The notes under the pieces: generated by a model | What the model was told of the DNA's origin: nothing | What the model saw: only the letters and a program-made list of their open reading frames with translations | The model's database searches: none | Shown here: positions 23,946 through 35,940 of the stretch, in pieces | Numbering within the stretch: the stretch's first letter is position 1 | How the letters are laid out: each line of letters opens with the position of its first letter | DNA from: Callorhinchus milii | Lineage: Eukaryota | Direction of reading: 5' to 3' | Length of the DNA stretch: 64,000 nucleotides | Assembly (NCBI RefSeq): GCF_018977255.1 | Contig: NW_024704742.1 | Location: forward strand, 46,316,001-46,380,000 | Translations under genes and position numbers: made by a program

Positions 23946-26164
23946 ACATTAATTTCAAGAGAAAACACACAAGTCCGCAATACAAAAGTTAAATAAATAA
24001 TGATGTTGCTAATTTGAAATACGTTCAAGATGGAGTCATATCACAGATATTACTGCACATGAACCCTACGACTAGGCTAGTCCTCTTTTGCCGTGTACTT
24101 TGCTCTTTTGCACAATCATACCCTCCAGCCTCAAGCTGCTACTAAAATAAATGTGCTGCACGGCATCAGCCCTCATCAGTATTGCTCCACGGATAAAATA
24201 GTGGTTCTGGAAATGGCATTTCAATCAATTTCAAACAACTTGAAAGTACTTTTCTTTGATAAATTGTGGATTTGTGTTAGTATACCACGTAACCAGAACA
24301 TATTCCCAGCATGGATGATTTATGTGAAATATGCCACTTGGTCTGTGGCTGCTCATGAGTTATGTTACTGATGCTGCTTAGTGGTTTATTTTCCATAAAA
24401 TGAGCACTTCCCCAACTGCACCTTCTGTTTCCATTAATTTAAGCTAAGAATTGGAAATGCTTTAATGTGACTTTGAGCAATGCTTCTATTTTAAATGCTT
24501 GCACAGAATGATAAATGCACACTTAATGTACTAGGCCAGCTCACCATTTAACATGATGGACTTAACTTAATAAGCACCAAAGATATGCTGTGTTAAATGT
24601 TAAACCAATGCATCGTTAACATATGAATGTGGAATAGAAAATCCTGTTTCCCAGATAACCTTGATGTAAGCAGAATTTTTTCTTTAGAAAGTAGAATGGA
24701 ATTTATCAGGATTCCAATGCATCCATTCTGAAAGGATTAATTACAAGCTGTTGTAATGACCACAAGGTCTCTTACATTTCTGCTGTCCAACAAGTTTTAC
24801 AGAATCAGTAATATCACATAACTTTGCAGTTGACTTTAGTTTGAATAATTTGTCATATCAAATCTCGTTGGGCCATCTTGAAACCAAAACTATTAACAAG
24901 GTTTTAACTATTCTGGATATACTGCCACTCAGCCGATATCAATGTAAAATTGCTGCGCACTCAATACTCATTGATCAATAAAGACTTATTGAAAGGTAGT
25001 AAGGAGTGTAAATAAGAATTCAGATTTTCATTTGTGTTTGACGATATTGATATTCAGACATGAACACAAACCTGCTAATCTAATTGCAATCTCAAGAGTC
25101 CCAACCTAAATTACATGATGGGGCGAAAAATGCAATATGTCATAACAGATTGCATGTGATATCACATTGAATATGTGAAGAAATGGTTGAGTTTCAGTTT
25201 ATGATTATTCATTAAGGTCTGAATATCCCATCAACTTAAGTACACGGATTTGATCTAATGCCACTTTTAAAAATTGTTTACTAACATTTTGAATGACTGA
25301 TCAGAATACTGTTAGAATCTGTTATCACTATTGTTAGAATATTAAATTCTGTTAATGACCCAGGGGCAGTCCTGTACTTAGCAGTGCAAATATGGACAGC
25401 CCTTGGGAGCACAGACTTTGGCCCCACCCATTGTGTGAAGCGGAAGGAGTTCTAATTCAAAAACAATTTCTATAGACTCAGCAGTTATCACTGTTCTTCA
25501 TGTTTACTTTGTTTTCTGCATTTCCTTTTTTCTCTCTCACAATCCTTACCACTACTCCCGACAACAACCTGAAGGAGATGATTTTAGAAACAGTTTGATT
25601 CAGATTTCAGCAGTTTAAATACTCAGGATGCAAATCAGTATTGACTCCACCTTCCTTTCCTTTGACAGCACTCAGATAGTTCAGTAGTTGAAATGGGAAC
25701 ACTGAATCGAATGTTTTCCGTTTTGACTACAAACTGCGCACTATGGTAAATCCTGTGAAGAACAATGAGATATCCTGCTAACTTTATTGGCGCTGTCTCA
25801 AATGCAAGGAATATTATAATTAATATTATAATAAAAGATCTGATGGTGCAGTTACCTAATAGTTTTCTTGGAGCCACAATGCAATAGGGAGCATAATGCA
25901 TAATTCTGGCTTCCCTTTCTTCATTGCTCTCCACCCGGGAGTAATATTGCATGGCTCCCAGCAATATAAACATAAAGTAAGGTTCATAAAATAAAGTCCA
26001 AATCAATTTAGGTTCATTGTTCAATCCTATATTACTTTGAAAGCATGCAATGTAATGGAATATTTACAATGCACAACAGAAACTACACAACTTTCTTATT
26101 GCAATATATCAGCATAATATGTTGAAATATGATAATTGTCAAACCCATATGCTTATATAAATTT

Positions 26165-26355
26165 TCAGCATAGAAAAAGAGGCTATTCAGCACTTCATTT
26201 CTTGCTCCCTGTTTAACTCCACATTCCAGGTAATTCCTATAGCCTTTAATACTTTTTTTCAGATGTTTATTCAGTTCTCTGTTGAATCTTTTTATTGATT
26301 CAATCTCAATAACCACTTCACTCATCCTTTGGAGTGAATTCTTTCTAACTTGTTG
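26165..26355 (-). mobile_element. Old CR1 3' fragment
   Basis: Minus strand reads IESIKRFNRELNKHLKKSIKGY, the CR1 ORF2 C-terminal pattern. Confidence 0.65.
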
Positions 26356-26484
26356 GAGGTGCCATCCTCCAGAAGGGATATTAACCCCTGATACTGTTAA
26401 CCTTCTCAATATCTATCAATTCCTTGATTCTCCTTACCTTATGAAGTGTACTTAAGATCTATCACTTAAATGAAAATATTGGTT

Positions 26485-26640
26485 TAAATTAATAACAATA
26501 ATACATTTAATATAGGACCTTTCACAGGAGAATCATGTCTCAAACAGTTCACAGAATTTGTTGTAAAGTGTAATGATTGTGTATTTTGTAGCCAAACATA
26601 AGAGCGAATTTGCAATGTGTAATGTCCCACAAACAAAGGG
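26485..26640 (-). mobile_element. SINE 3' fragment
   Basis: aataacaataatacatttaatatag...ttcacagaat...gtcccacaaaca. Confidence 0.7.
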
Positions 26641-26739
26641 AAAATGTCCCCAGCTGGAATTGGTGCCGTAAGGAAGAAAAAAGACAAATAATACTCCTAA
26701 ACTCCAAAGCCCAACGGTGAGCAGATATCATCTTTGAAC

Positions 26740-27119
26740 TGGAGTCTTGTAGCTTATTGGTTAAAGCACTCACCTCACAAGTGAGAGGACCTGGGTTCGG
26801 TTTCTGGGCAGGATGAAATGTTAGGCGAGTTTCCTTACTCCACCCGCCTCTGTTTACTTAGCAGCAAGTAGGAACCCGGTTGTTAGACAATTGGCGGATC
26901 ACTTTTCTGGGGGCAATAATTCCATCAATAAAATAACATTTAAAAATAATAATTTGGTAGCTCAATCACAACTGTTTGTGGGACACTGCTGTGTGCAACT
27001 GGCTGCCACATTTTGCCTACAAAATACACAGTCAATTCACTTTTTAGTACATTCTATGAAGCGTTTTGAGACATCTCGAAGACGTGATAAGGTGCTATAT
27101 CAAATGCAAGGATTACTAT
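26740..27119 (+). mobile_element. tRNA/CORE SINE, long subfamily with complete CORE-like segment
   Basis: Same head and tail as the short copies plus about 65 extra nt (cgcctctgtttacttagcagcaagtaggaacccggttgttagacaattggcggatcacttttc). Confidence 0.9.
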
Positions 27120-27139
27120 AAACAGCTATTACACGAAAG

Positions 27140-27385
27140 GCCAGGACACACAGGGAAATTCCTTTCTCTTTTCAACTAGTGCCATGAGTTCTATAACATC
27201 TACCTGAACAGATAGATATGACTCAGTTTAATGTCTCCTAGAAGGACAGCACCTCTGGCAATGCAGCAGTTCCCCAGCACTGCATTGGAGTGTTAGTCTA
27301 GGCCTAGACTGTGAGTTTAAAGTACCAACATGGGGCTTGAATCCACAACCTTCTGACTCAGAGACGTGAGTGCTTAGTTGACTCA
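27140..27385 (-). mobile_element. Deu-domain SINE, 5' two-thirds
   Basis: tgccatgagttctataacatctacctgaacag...ggggcttgaatccacaaccttctgactcagag. Confidence 0.8.
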
Positions 27386-27834
27386 CATCCTTTATTTGTG
27401 CTACAAAGGAAAGGGCAGAGTACAGGACCATTGCTTGTTGGTATCTGGCAGGCAACATTAAACATTTCTATGAGCTGCTTTTGAAAGAAAATAAAGCACA
27501 GCAAAATATAAAAAATGACATTCATTTTGTACATTCAATCAATTATGAGTACCAAATGAATGGTTTTTATTTGGCAAGGCTTTGTTCATTTATTTCTTTA
27601 ATTAAAGCATCACTCACACTGTGAGGTAAGCATTAAAAGAGGACGTCTGAATCATCCAGCACATTTGATTTTTTGGGGGTTCTTATAGATATCTTTGGTA
27701 GTTACAGTAACTGTAAATCCACTGTTATGTGTATTCAGCCAGAACAAAATTACTCAAGTACAAACACAGTCAATGAATAGCATTAGGCTCTTATGAACAA
27801 TAACTTCATTCACTTAGGATCTTTCATATCGAAT

Positions 27835-28240
27835 AAAATAATAATCCTTGCATTTGTTATAGCACTTTAATATTTAAATTGTCTGAAAGTGCTTCAAAGG
27901 TAATTGCAGTAAAGTGAGGTGATTGTGTACTTTGTAAGCAAACGTGGTAAATCTTTTCACAAAAATGTTCCACAAACAGCCATGAAGTGAATGACCAATT
28001 TTAACTCGAGGAATTTTGACTAGACCTGGCCTTGTTTGAATAGTACCATAAGATCTTTAACGTCTACATGAACAGATAGATGGGACTTTGAGTTTAAAAC
28101 TTTCATTTGAAAAATTGCACCTCCAAAAAATGTAGCATTCCTCACTGGAGTGTCATCTTAAACCATGAGGTTAAAGTTCTATTGCATCGCTTGAACCCAC
28201 AATCTTTAACTGCAGATTTGAGAGGGCAACCAACTGACAC
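27835..28240 (-). mobile_element. Deu-domain SINE, near full length
   Basis: aataatccttgcattt tail...agatctttaacgtctac...cttgaacccacaa head. Confidence 0.8.
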
Positions 28241-28309
28241 TCGACATATGTCTCAGTAAGAAGATTATCAAAATATTATGATTCACATCTTTACTATTTG
28301 ACACAAATT

Positions 28310-28690
28310 GCTCAGTTAGTAGCCGTCTTGTCTTTGAGCCCAGTTTCGGGACTTTGAACTCACATTGTCTCAGCAGACATTCCAATACCCTGGTCGGGAA
28401 ACTATTGCATTACATTATATGAGACTTTAAAATGACATTTGCCTTTTAAGGTGTACATGAAAGATCACATGGCACAATTCAAAAAGAGAAAGGAGTTTCT
28501 CCCTGTATTCTCGCCAAAAATCCTCCAAATAAAATTGATCGTTCACTTCATTCATGTTGTGGATATTACTGTGTCCAAAGTGGTTGCCATGTTCACCTAC
28601 AAAATATACAGTCACTACACTTCACAGTGTATCCTATGAAACACATTGAGACATTTTCCCAAGATCAAATGCAAGGATTATTTTTATTGT
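28310..28690 (+). mobile_element. Deu-domain SINE, near full length
   Basis: gctcagttagtagc head...aaagatcacatggcac...aaatgcaaggatta tail. Confidence 0.8.
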
Positions 28691-29945
28691 CATAGAATTA
28701 TACTCAAAGAAGGAGATCATTCGGCCCATCGTGTCTGTGCCAGTTCTTTGAAAAGAACTATTGTGGTGTCCTGTAGCTCAGCGGTTAGAGTACTCGCTTC
28801 GTAAGCGAGAGACCTGGGCTCAATTCCCGGCAGGGTGAAACCTTGGGCAAGTTTCCTTACTCCACATGGTTGATAATAATTCCTCAAAAAAAAATAAAAA
28901 ATTGGTCATTTCAATCCACGACTTTTTGTGGGACACTGCTGTGCACAATTGGCTGCTGCATTTTGCCCACGAATATACAGTCAATTCACTTTACAGTCTA
29001 TTCTGTGAAGCGCTTTGAGAAAGACGTCAAAAGCGCTAAATAAAATGCAAGGATTATTATTATATCCAATTCAATCTGTCTCCCCCGCTCTCTCTCCATA
29101 GTGCTGCAAACTTGTCCTCCCCAAATAATTATCTACTTCTCTCTTAAAAGTTGTTACTGAATCAGCTTCCACCACCCTTTCAGGCAATGCATTCCAGATC
29201 CGAGCAACTCGCTGTGCGAAAACATTTCTCCTCTCCTACCCTCTGTTTCTTTTAACAACTATTTTAAATCAGTGTCCTCAGGTTACCGACCCACCCGTTT
29301 CTCCTTATTCACCCTATCAAACCCCTCATAATTTTGAAAACTTCTATTAAGTCTCCTCTTAACCTTCTCTGTTCCAAGGAGAATAATCCCAGCTTCTCTA
29401 GCCTCTCCTGATATCTGAAGTCCCTCACTCTTGGTACCATCCTGGTAAATCTCCTTTGCACCCTCTCCAATACCTTGACATCCTTCCTAAAGTGTGGGGC
29501 CCAGAACTGAACACAGTCTCGAGCTGAGGCCTAACAAGTGTTTTGTAAAGGTTCATCATAACTTCCTGACCTTTGTATTCTATGCCCTTATTTATAAAGC
29601 CTTGTATCCCATATGCCTTTTTAATAGCTTTATCTGCCTGTCCTGCCACCTTCAAAGATTTGCTTATATGAACCCCCAGGTCTCTCTGTTCCTTCACCCC
29701 CTTTAAGATTGTACCATCAGCTTATATTGCCTCTCCTCATTCTTCCTCCCAAAATGCATCACTTTGCATTTCTCCACATTAAACTTTATCTGCTATGTGT
29801 CCACCCAATTTACTAGTCTATCTATGTCCATTTGCAGTCTGCTACTATCCTTCTTACTGTTTACTACTTATCCTAGCTTAGTATCATCTGCAAACTTGGA
29901 AATTGTACTCCCTATGCTCAGGTTCAGGTTATTTATATAGATCAA
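28691..29945 (-). mobile_element. CR1 LINE 3' 0.95 kb (RT C-terminus and 3' UTR) split by a SINE
   Basis: FADDTKL (rc of agcttagtatcatctgcaaa), QRDLGVHISKSLK, LYKTLVRPQLE motifs; 3' terminus catagaattatac. Confidence 0.93.
28764..29063 (+). mobile_element. tRNA/CORE SINE (short) nested in CR1
   Basis: Full head, accttgggcaagt, (ATT)n tail; CR1 sequence continues on both sides. Confidence 0.93.
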
Positions 29946-30589
29946 AACAAAAATATTTTTCTTCTCTTCCTCAATTAATCCATTTATTGAGACCTTCAAC
30001 ACTTGGAATGGTTCAAGCAACTGAAGCTGAAGGGAAACAAATCTGCTCTCGGTCTATCATTTTTTCCATGGAAATATAAGTAATTAGTAATTGTTTCATG
30101 CTATTATGCAGATTGATCTGATTGTGAATGTCATTGGTTGTTTACTCAATCAAGCGCTGTTTCAGGAAATACATTTAGAATTGACAGACACATTAGTACA
30201 CTAGCAACAAGTTAACTATGAATTAGGTTTGTATAATTTTGAGTGAGTAATTGGAATACACTTGTTGAGGTGAAAAATAAGATTTTTCACAGAAACATGC
30301 CGTTTTGTGCAATGAAACAAAACATTGAATTTTTTTTATCCCATTAATCAATTACTTCACACTGTCATTTAAAGGGAGAGATTGCTTCAAAGCTAACAGA
30401 GATGTGAAAGGTGAGTACATACAGCTCTTTTATAACATGTTGAGGGATTTAAATTGAACTTCAAGCGAAGGGATAGAACAATTTGTGCTATCAAAGTGAA
30501 AATTCATAGTCTTATTAGGTACAACATATTGAAGTTTCTTAAGGATGCATCTATATAAGACATGTGACTGGGAAATTATGCCCCACTTT

Positions 30590-30935
30590 CTCTCTCTGAC
30601 CTCCCTAAAGCCTGGGTCACTTCCTTCACTCAGCAAATTCTGGCTTGCTTCACATCTTCTGCCTGCTCTGTTCCACCATCAATGAGACTCAACATTCATC
30701 CTTTCTGCCCTCCATCCTACAGTACCTCCACTTCGCCTTTACCTCTCACCTTTGAAATCTGCCTAAAGACCTTTCTCTTTAACCTTGCTTTCAGCTATGC
30801 TTCCTTTCTCCCACCAATTTCTCCCATCTGCAGTTCGCTTCACCCCTCCTCCCCACCACCAAAGTCAGGCTCCCGATCAGTTTATGTGAAGTGCTTTGAG
30901 AATTTCTGCAGATGTGAAAGTTGCTATATACATTA
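30590..30935 (+). mobile_element. Old L2 3' fragment
   Basis: CLKTFLFNLAFS; tail gtgaagtgctttgag...gatgtgaaagttgctata. Confidence 0.75.
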
Positions 30936-31164
30936 TTGTATGTGGAAATCAATCAGGTTAACAGTTGAAGAAAAATCAATCAACATCTTGAGCAGACTCA
31001 TACAGACAGTTTAACAACTACTGTACCTCGTTGGATTTTATATTACTTGAAAGAAAGTCACAAGGAGCTGAGCATAACTGGTATAATATAACCCAGCACC
31101 CTGCTTACCTTAATTATAACTACTTCACACTGTTTTGCTCATTGTCTGGGTTGACGTTCCAGCT

Positions 31165-31310
31165 CAGGACTGAGCAAATGCATTTCTGAAGATGCTGTCC
31201 TTCAGATGAAACGTTCAACCAAGGTTCCATCTGCCTATTCAGGAGGGAAGGTAGTTTCTTCTGGTGGGCTGGCCATCAATCTTTGACAATTGGCCATTTC
31301 ACTTCATAGC
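31165..31310 (+). mobile_element. Deu-domain SINE fragment
   Basis: gatgctgtccttcagatgaaacgttcaaccaaggttccatctgcctattcagg. Confidence 0.65.
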
Positions 31311-31434
31311 TATCAGTTTATTCCAGATTTGTCTAGATTTACTCTAGTTTCATAGCCTGCCAGAGTATTCAGAATTTGGCAAATTTGTAATGTGTTAATT
31401 AAGCCAGTTTTCTGTCATTGAACAACACAAATTC

Positions 31435-31590
31435 ATCACTCCAAATGGCTCCCTGACTCCAAATGGATCAGCTTAAAGGTCCTGATGTTCACATGTAAAT
31501 CCCGTCACACCCTAGTAACTTCCTATCTCTCTGATCTGTTCATACAACACTCCTCTGCTCACCTGCTCCACTCATTTGGCAAATTCTGGA
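31435..31590 (+). mobile_element. Old L2 fragment
   Basis: ctccaaatggctccc...ttaaaggtcctgatgttcacatgtaaa...cctatctctctgatct (WLP..KVL..T.K pattern). Confidence 0.55.
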
Positions 31591-32985
31591 GTCTCGGAAA
31601 TGCTACCAAAATAAAGCAAATCTTGACCCAGGCCGAATATTTCCTCACAGGATTTTTGAATTGTGGAGTCTAATTCTACACCTGGAGAGGTTAGTAAGAT
31701 TAGAAGGACTTTCTTGCTTTCCTCTGCTTTTCCCTCCCAGGAAAGATTGCTTTGGGTTTCTATTTTCTATGTAACCTGAAGCTTCTGTTTTTAATTTAAC
31801 TTGCAGAAACAATTTATTATAACATGGAAATTACTGAATTGTTTTTAATGAGAATGAGGAGTGTGCAGTCAGAATTGCATCATGATGGATCTTCTATGAG
31901 TTGAAAATGTTCCAGAAATCCCCCTCACCAATCATAATTATGTGTCTCTTACAGCCTTGTTCCATTAGAGATCAATGAGTCAGTCAATTTATGCCTTTGT
32001 TCAGTGAGTGCCTTCAGCTCAACCCATGAATAATCATTCACAAGTGGCAAATGGCCTTTTTGTCACAAAGGTCCGATTCTGTATGATTAAGGAGAAAGGG
32101 CAGGTGAGTTGAATACAGCTCCAGTCATTTGGGAATGGGTATTTAGGCATTTAATAGAGTTTCTTTTCTTTATAACCACCTCCTGGTCTGCAGAGGTCAT
32201 TTTGCTGGAGCTTTGTTCATTTTGGGCTGATTATTTAGCTGATTTTGACGGAGGAAATTGTTGCCACATGCTAAAGCCAGTGCTAAGATTATCCTTTAAG
32301 TAGGTCTGCGAAAGTATTATACACACTTGAACTGGCTTTATCTCATTGTTTTATCAAATGCAAAATAGAAAGTTTTCATGTGTTCAAAGATACTCAGATA
32401 AAGAGCTCATTATAAAGTTATGAATCTGGCTTTGAAAAAACTCTGGTAGATCGCTCCTCCTCTCAACCTCCTACAATTAACTATACTTGGCTTATGCAAG
32501 ATAGCCTTTCAAAATTGCATATTTTTTTTGCTAAATTACATATCAGTGTCACAGAATCCTTTCTGGGCTAAGAAGTCAGAAAGTCACATGTGGCACAGTC
32601 ATTGCAGGCAACACATTCTGTTCCTTAATTACCACCGTTCCTTAATAAAGGAATAGTTTATCGATGGACCATGAATTAGGATCCAAACTTAACTTTAACT
32701 ATCAAAAGCTTAATCTGTTTACTTGTTTAGGTGCAAGATTAAGTAACCATGATACTGCTTTGAAAGGAGAATAGAGTTTCTCCCAGTGATTTGCCCAAAT
32801 ATCCTCTAAAACATTTGTTCATTCACCCTAATGAGATTTTGTAGGACTTTGTTTGTATAAACAGCTGCCAGTCTGGTTGAAAACAGTCACTAAACTTGAT
32901 AATATTCATTTGTGTGGAACTTGTTTATTGCACATTCCACTCCAATAAATATCTCAGGAATTTCCATGTGTAGGTGGGATGCATG

Positions 32986-33064
32986 GAAATCTCAGTTTGA
33001 TTTTGACACTCTTAAGCATGATGGGTTTCCGCATATGTCAGACACCCGACTGACAAACAAAAAA
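32986..33064. repeat. Unclassified interspersed repeat, copy A
   Basis: actcttaagcatgatgggtttccgcatatgtcagacac...caaacaaaa, shared with the copies at 39775 and 46185. Confidence 0.75.
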
Positions 33065-35280
33065 CACTTTGGGCCATTCTGGCATGATAAGTTCTTTCTT
33101 TGACAAAAGTTATTACACAGATAGAACTATCATCATCTATTGCTCTCAAACATTCATATTCAGACCAAATTCAGGCACAGATACAATCCAGGAGTTCAAC
33201 GGAAGAAACAACATGTTCTGTTTCTTATAGCAGTTGATAACAAAAAAATTATTGTCTTCTGATGGTTTCATACATCTAAATAATAAATCTAGCTCAATGA
33301 TTTACAGGTGAAAAAAATGACTATGTAAATTTAATTCTGCACTCTTTCTGAAGGGATATTCCAGGTGGCCACTTATATGCTACAGTGGGCAATATGAGGC
33401 CCTGGAATAAACGTCAATATTTCCATGATAAAGCTCCTGAATCATCAGGAGTTGCTTTAGTTAAAATATTGAGAAATGATAATTATAACAAGTTATCTGT
33501 CAGTATTCTATTAGATCATGTGCAATCTGTACCTCAACTCCAATTTATATCATATCAGCGAGATGGTCCTTTTCTTCAACTAGACAATGGTTAATGGGTT
33601 AATTGCATTTCTTCGGAGATAAAATGCAAGAATTTTCCACAATTTACACAATTTTAAATGTTAAGATGATGTTACCACATAAAATATTGAGCCATCTGAT
33701 TTTAAACTTCTTTCTTAGTCAATCAAAATTTAGAAGATTGCTAATTTCCACAGATATCATAAACACTTCAGAATTCAATACACCAAAACAGAGGATGGTA
33801 ATAACAGAAGTGTTGCGAATCAATGTTCAGATCAATAAATATGACTGCAGCACACTCCTTACAGTTAAAATGTAAACCACAATCATCCCATGGTACCAAT
33901 AATCCAACTGCATTAAACTTTTATAAGTAGTACATAAATGCTCCTGAGTTGAAATGTAAATTTATGAATAATCAATCAACAAAATGTACAGAGCCACTGT
34001 TCATAATTCTCAACACAAGCTGCTATCAAAATTCTTGTATGTACTATTCAACAACATAATCCATAGTGTAAACATGCTACAACTGACTGAACAAGAGTAT
34101 GGCTGGAGCAAATTACTGTCTGTTACATGCCTTTATTCATGGCAGATTCTAGATTATCTGCAGAGAAAGATGATTCAACATAAACTGTTTGAACAACCAC
34201 AAAATTATCTAATGTATCTAATAAGTTCTTTAATTCATTCACATGTATTTCTTTAAAATTGCGATGCACAATTTTGAGCATGAATTGTTGAATTGAACAG
34301 AACCCAGACCAGGTGCCATTGTAAATCAGTATCTCTATTAAGTGTTGACCTAACCAGGCTTTTATAGTTTTGTAGGAGAGATTGCATAGGATTTGTCCAC
34401 AGCTATAGTGCAACCCCAGACTTTATATTTAAAATACATATTATTTACCTGTTCATAAACTCAAGGCTGTGCTGTCACTGCAGAATTATCCATTGTTCTT
34501 TCATTGAAATTTGAAAAAACAATACTTCAGCTGCAACATATTTTCCATGAACATTTCTATTCAAATATCATATCATATAAAAATATATATCCAAATGGTT
34601 AGGTCTAGGAGTAGTATAGTTTGAAGATGCAATGAATGATACACCAACTTGTCTTTCTCTGACCAATAAAATTTAATTATTTTCTTGAAACAAGCTCGGA
34701 TTGCTAAAACTCGATCTGTACATTCTGCTCCAGATTTTGAAACATTTTGCAATAAGCATAAAATAAGCATGTCCAAGAGATGAACATATCTTTGCTGGTA
34801 ATAATTATTACACTTACTAGGGATGGATCAATGTGTTCCTAAAGTCAGAGTGATGCAGAAATCAAAAAGGTTTGCAATATTTTGATGATAAGCTCTGAGA
34901 TCATCTGGTTACTGCTCTCACTCATGAATTCTTTATATTTTTACATGAGAATAGAACACCTCTAATTATATGAGTAATCATCCCCAGTTTTTAATGTTGC
35001 CCTCAAAGTGGTTCATGCTTCATTTTTAGCAGTTGATCATATTGTATTATGGGAGAGAATATCTTTGGCAATGTATTCTAGTAATTGACTTTCCCAACAT
35101 AAACGTGCATCATTAAAGTCACTACACTTAGTAACCGAGAGGAATTCCCCCTTCCATATAGTACCACCGAGGTACTAACAGAGATATCTCAAAATTATCT
35201 GCTTTGTGCAAATAATAGCTTTGACAAGTGTAACTGGACCTTCAACTGCGAGACTTGAGTTGAAATTGTTAAGGTGTCAA

Positions 35281-35940
35281 CCTGGCTCAGTCGGTAGCAC
35301 ACTTGTCTCAGAGTCAGAAGGTTGTGAGTTCAAGCTCCACGATGGGGCTTTGAGCTCAAAGTCTAGGCTGATACTTCATGCTGCATTGTTTGAGGTGCCA
35401 TTCTTTAGATGAAATGTTAAACCGAGATCCTGTTGATTGGAGTTCTGTAGCTCAGTGGTTGGAGCACTCGCCTCGCAAGCAAGAGACCTGGTTTCAATTC
35501 CTGGCAGGGCGAAACCTTGGGCAAGTTTCTCTAATCCACATACCTGATAATAATCCCTCAAGAAAAAAATAATAATTTGGTCCCCTCAATCCACGACTGT
35601 TTGTGGGACACTGCTGTGCGCAATTGGCTGGCGTGTTTCGCCCACAAAATATACAGTTAATTCACTTTGCAATATATTCTGTGAAGGCTTTGACACATCT
35701 CGAAGACGTGAAAAGCACTATATTAAATGCAAGGACTGTTATTATTATCATTATTATTATTATCCTTTCTGCTTGTTAAAGATACCATGGCACATTACGA
35801 AAAAAGGAGTTTCTCCCTGTGACCAGGCCAACAATCCTCCAGGTAAAATTGACCATTCACTTCAGACTGTGGGACATTTCAATGTGGAAATTGACAATCA
35901 TGTTTGCCTACAAAATACAGTCATTATATTTTCTTTGAGA
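35281..35940 (+). mobile_element. Deu-domain SINE split by a CORE SINE
   Basis: Clear head tggctcagtcggtagc...gagtcagaaggttgtgagttcaagc; the Deu core continues after 35763 (gttaaagataccatggcac). Confidence 0.85.
35438..35763 (+). mobile_element. tRNA/CORE SINE (short) nested in a Deu SINE
   Basis: Full head, gaaaccttgggcaagt, tail with (ATT)n. Confidence 0.93.

Noticed and set aside
31955..32103. Exon-like segment with ctcttacag acceptor and cag/gtgagt donor
   Set aside because: All three frames contain stops and no partner exons were found. A non-coding exon cannot be excluded but is unsupported.
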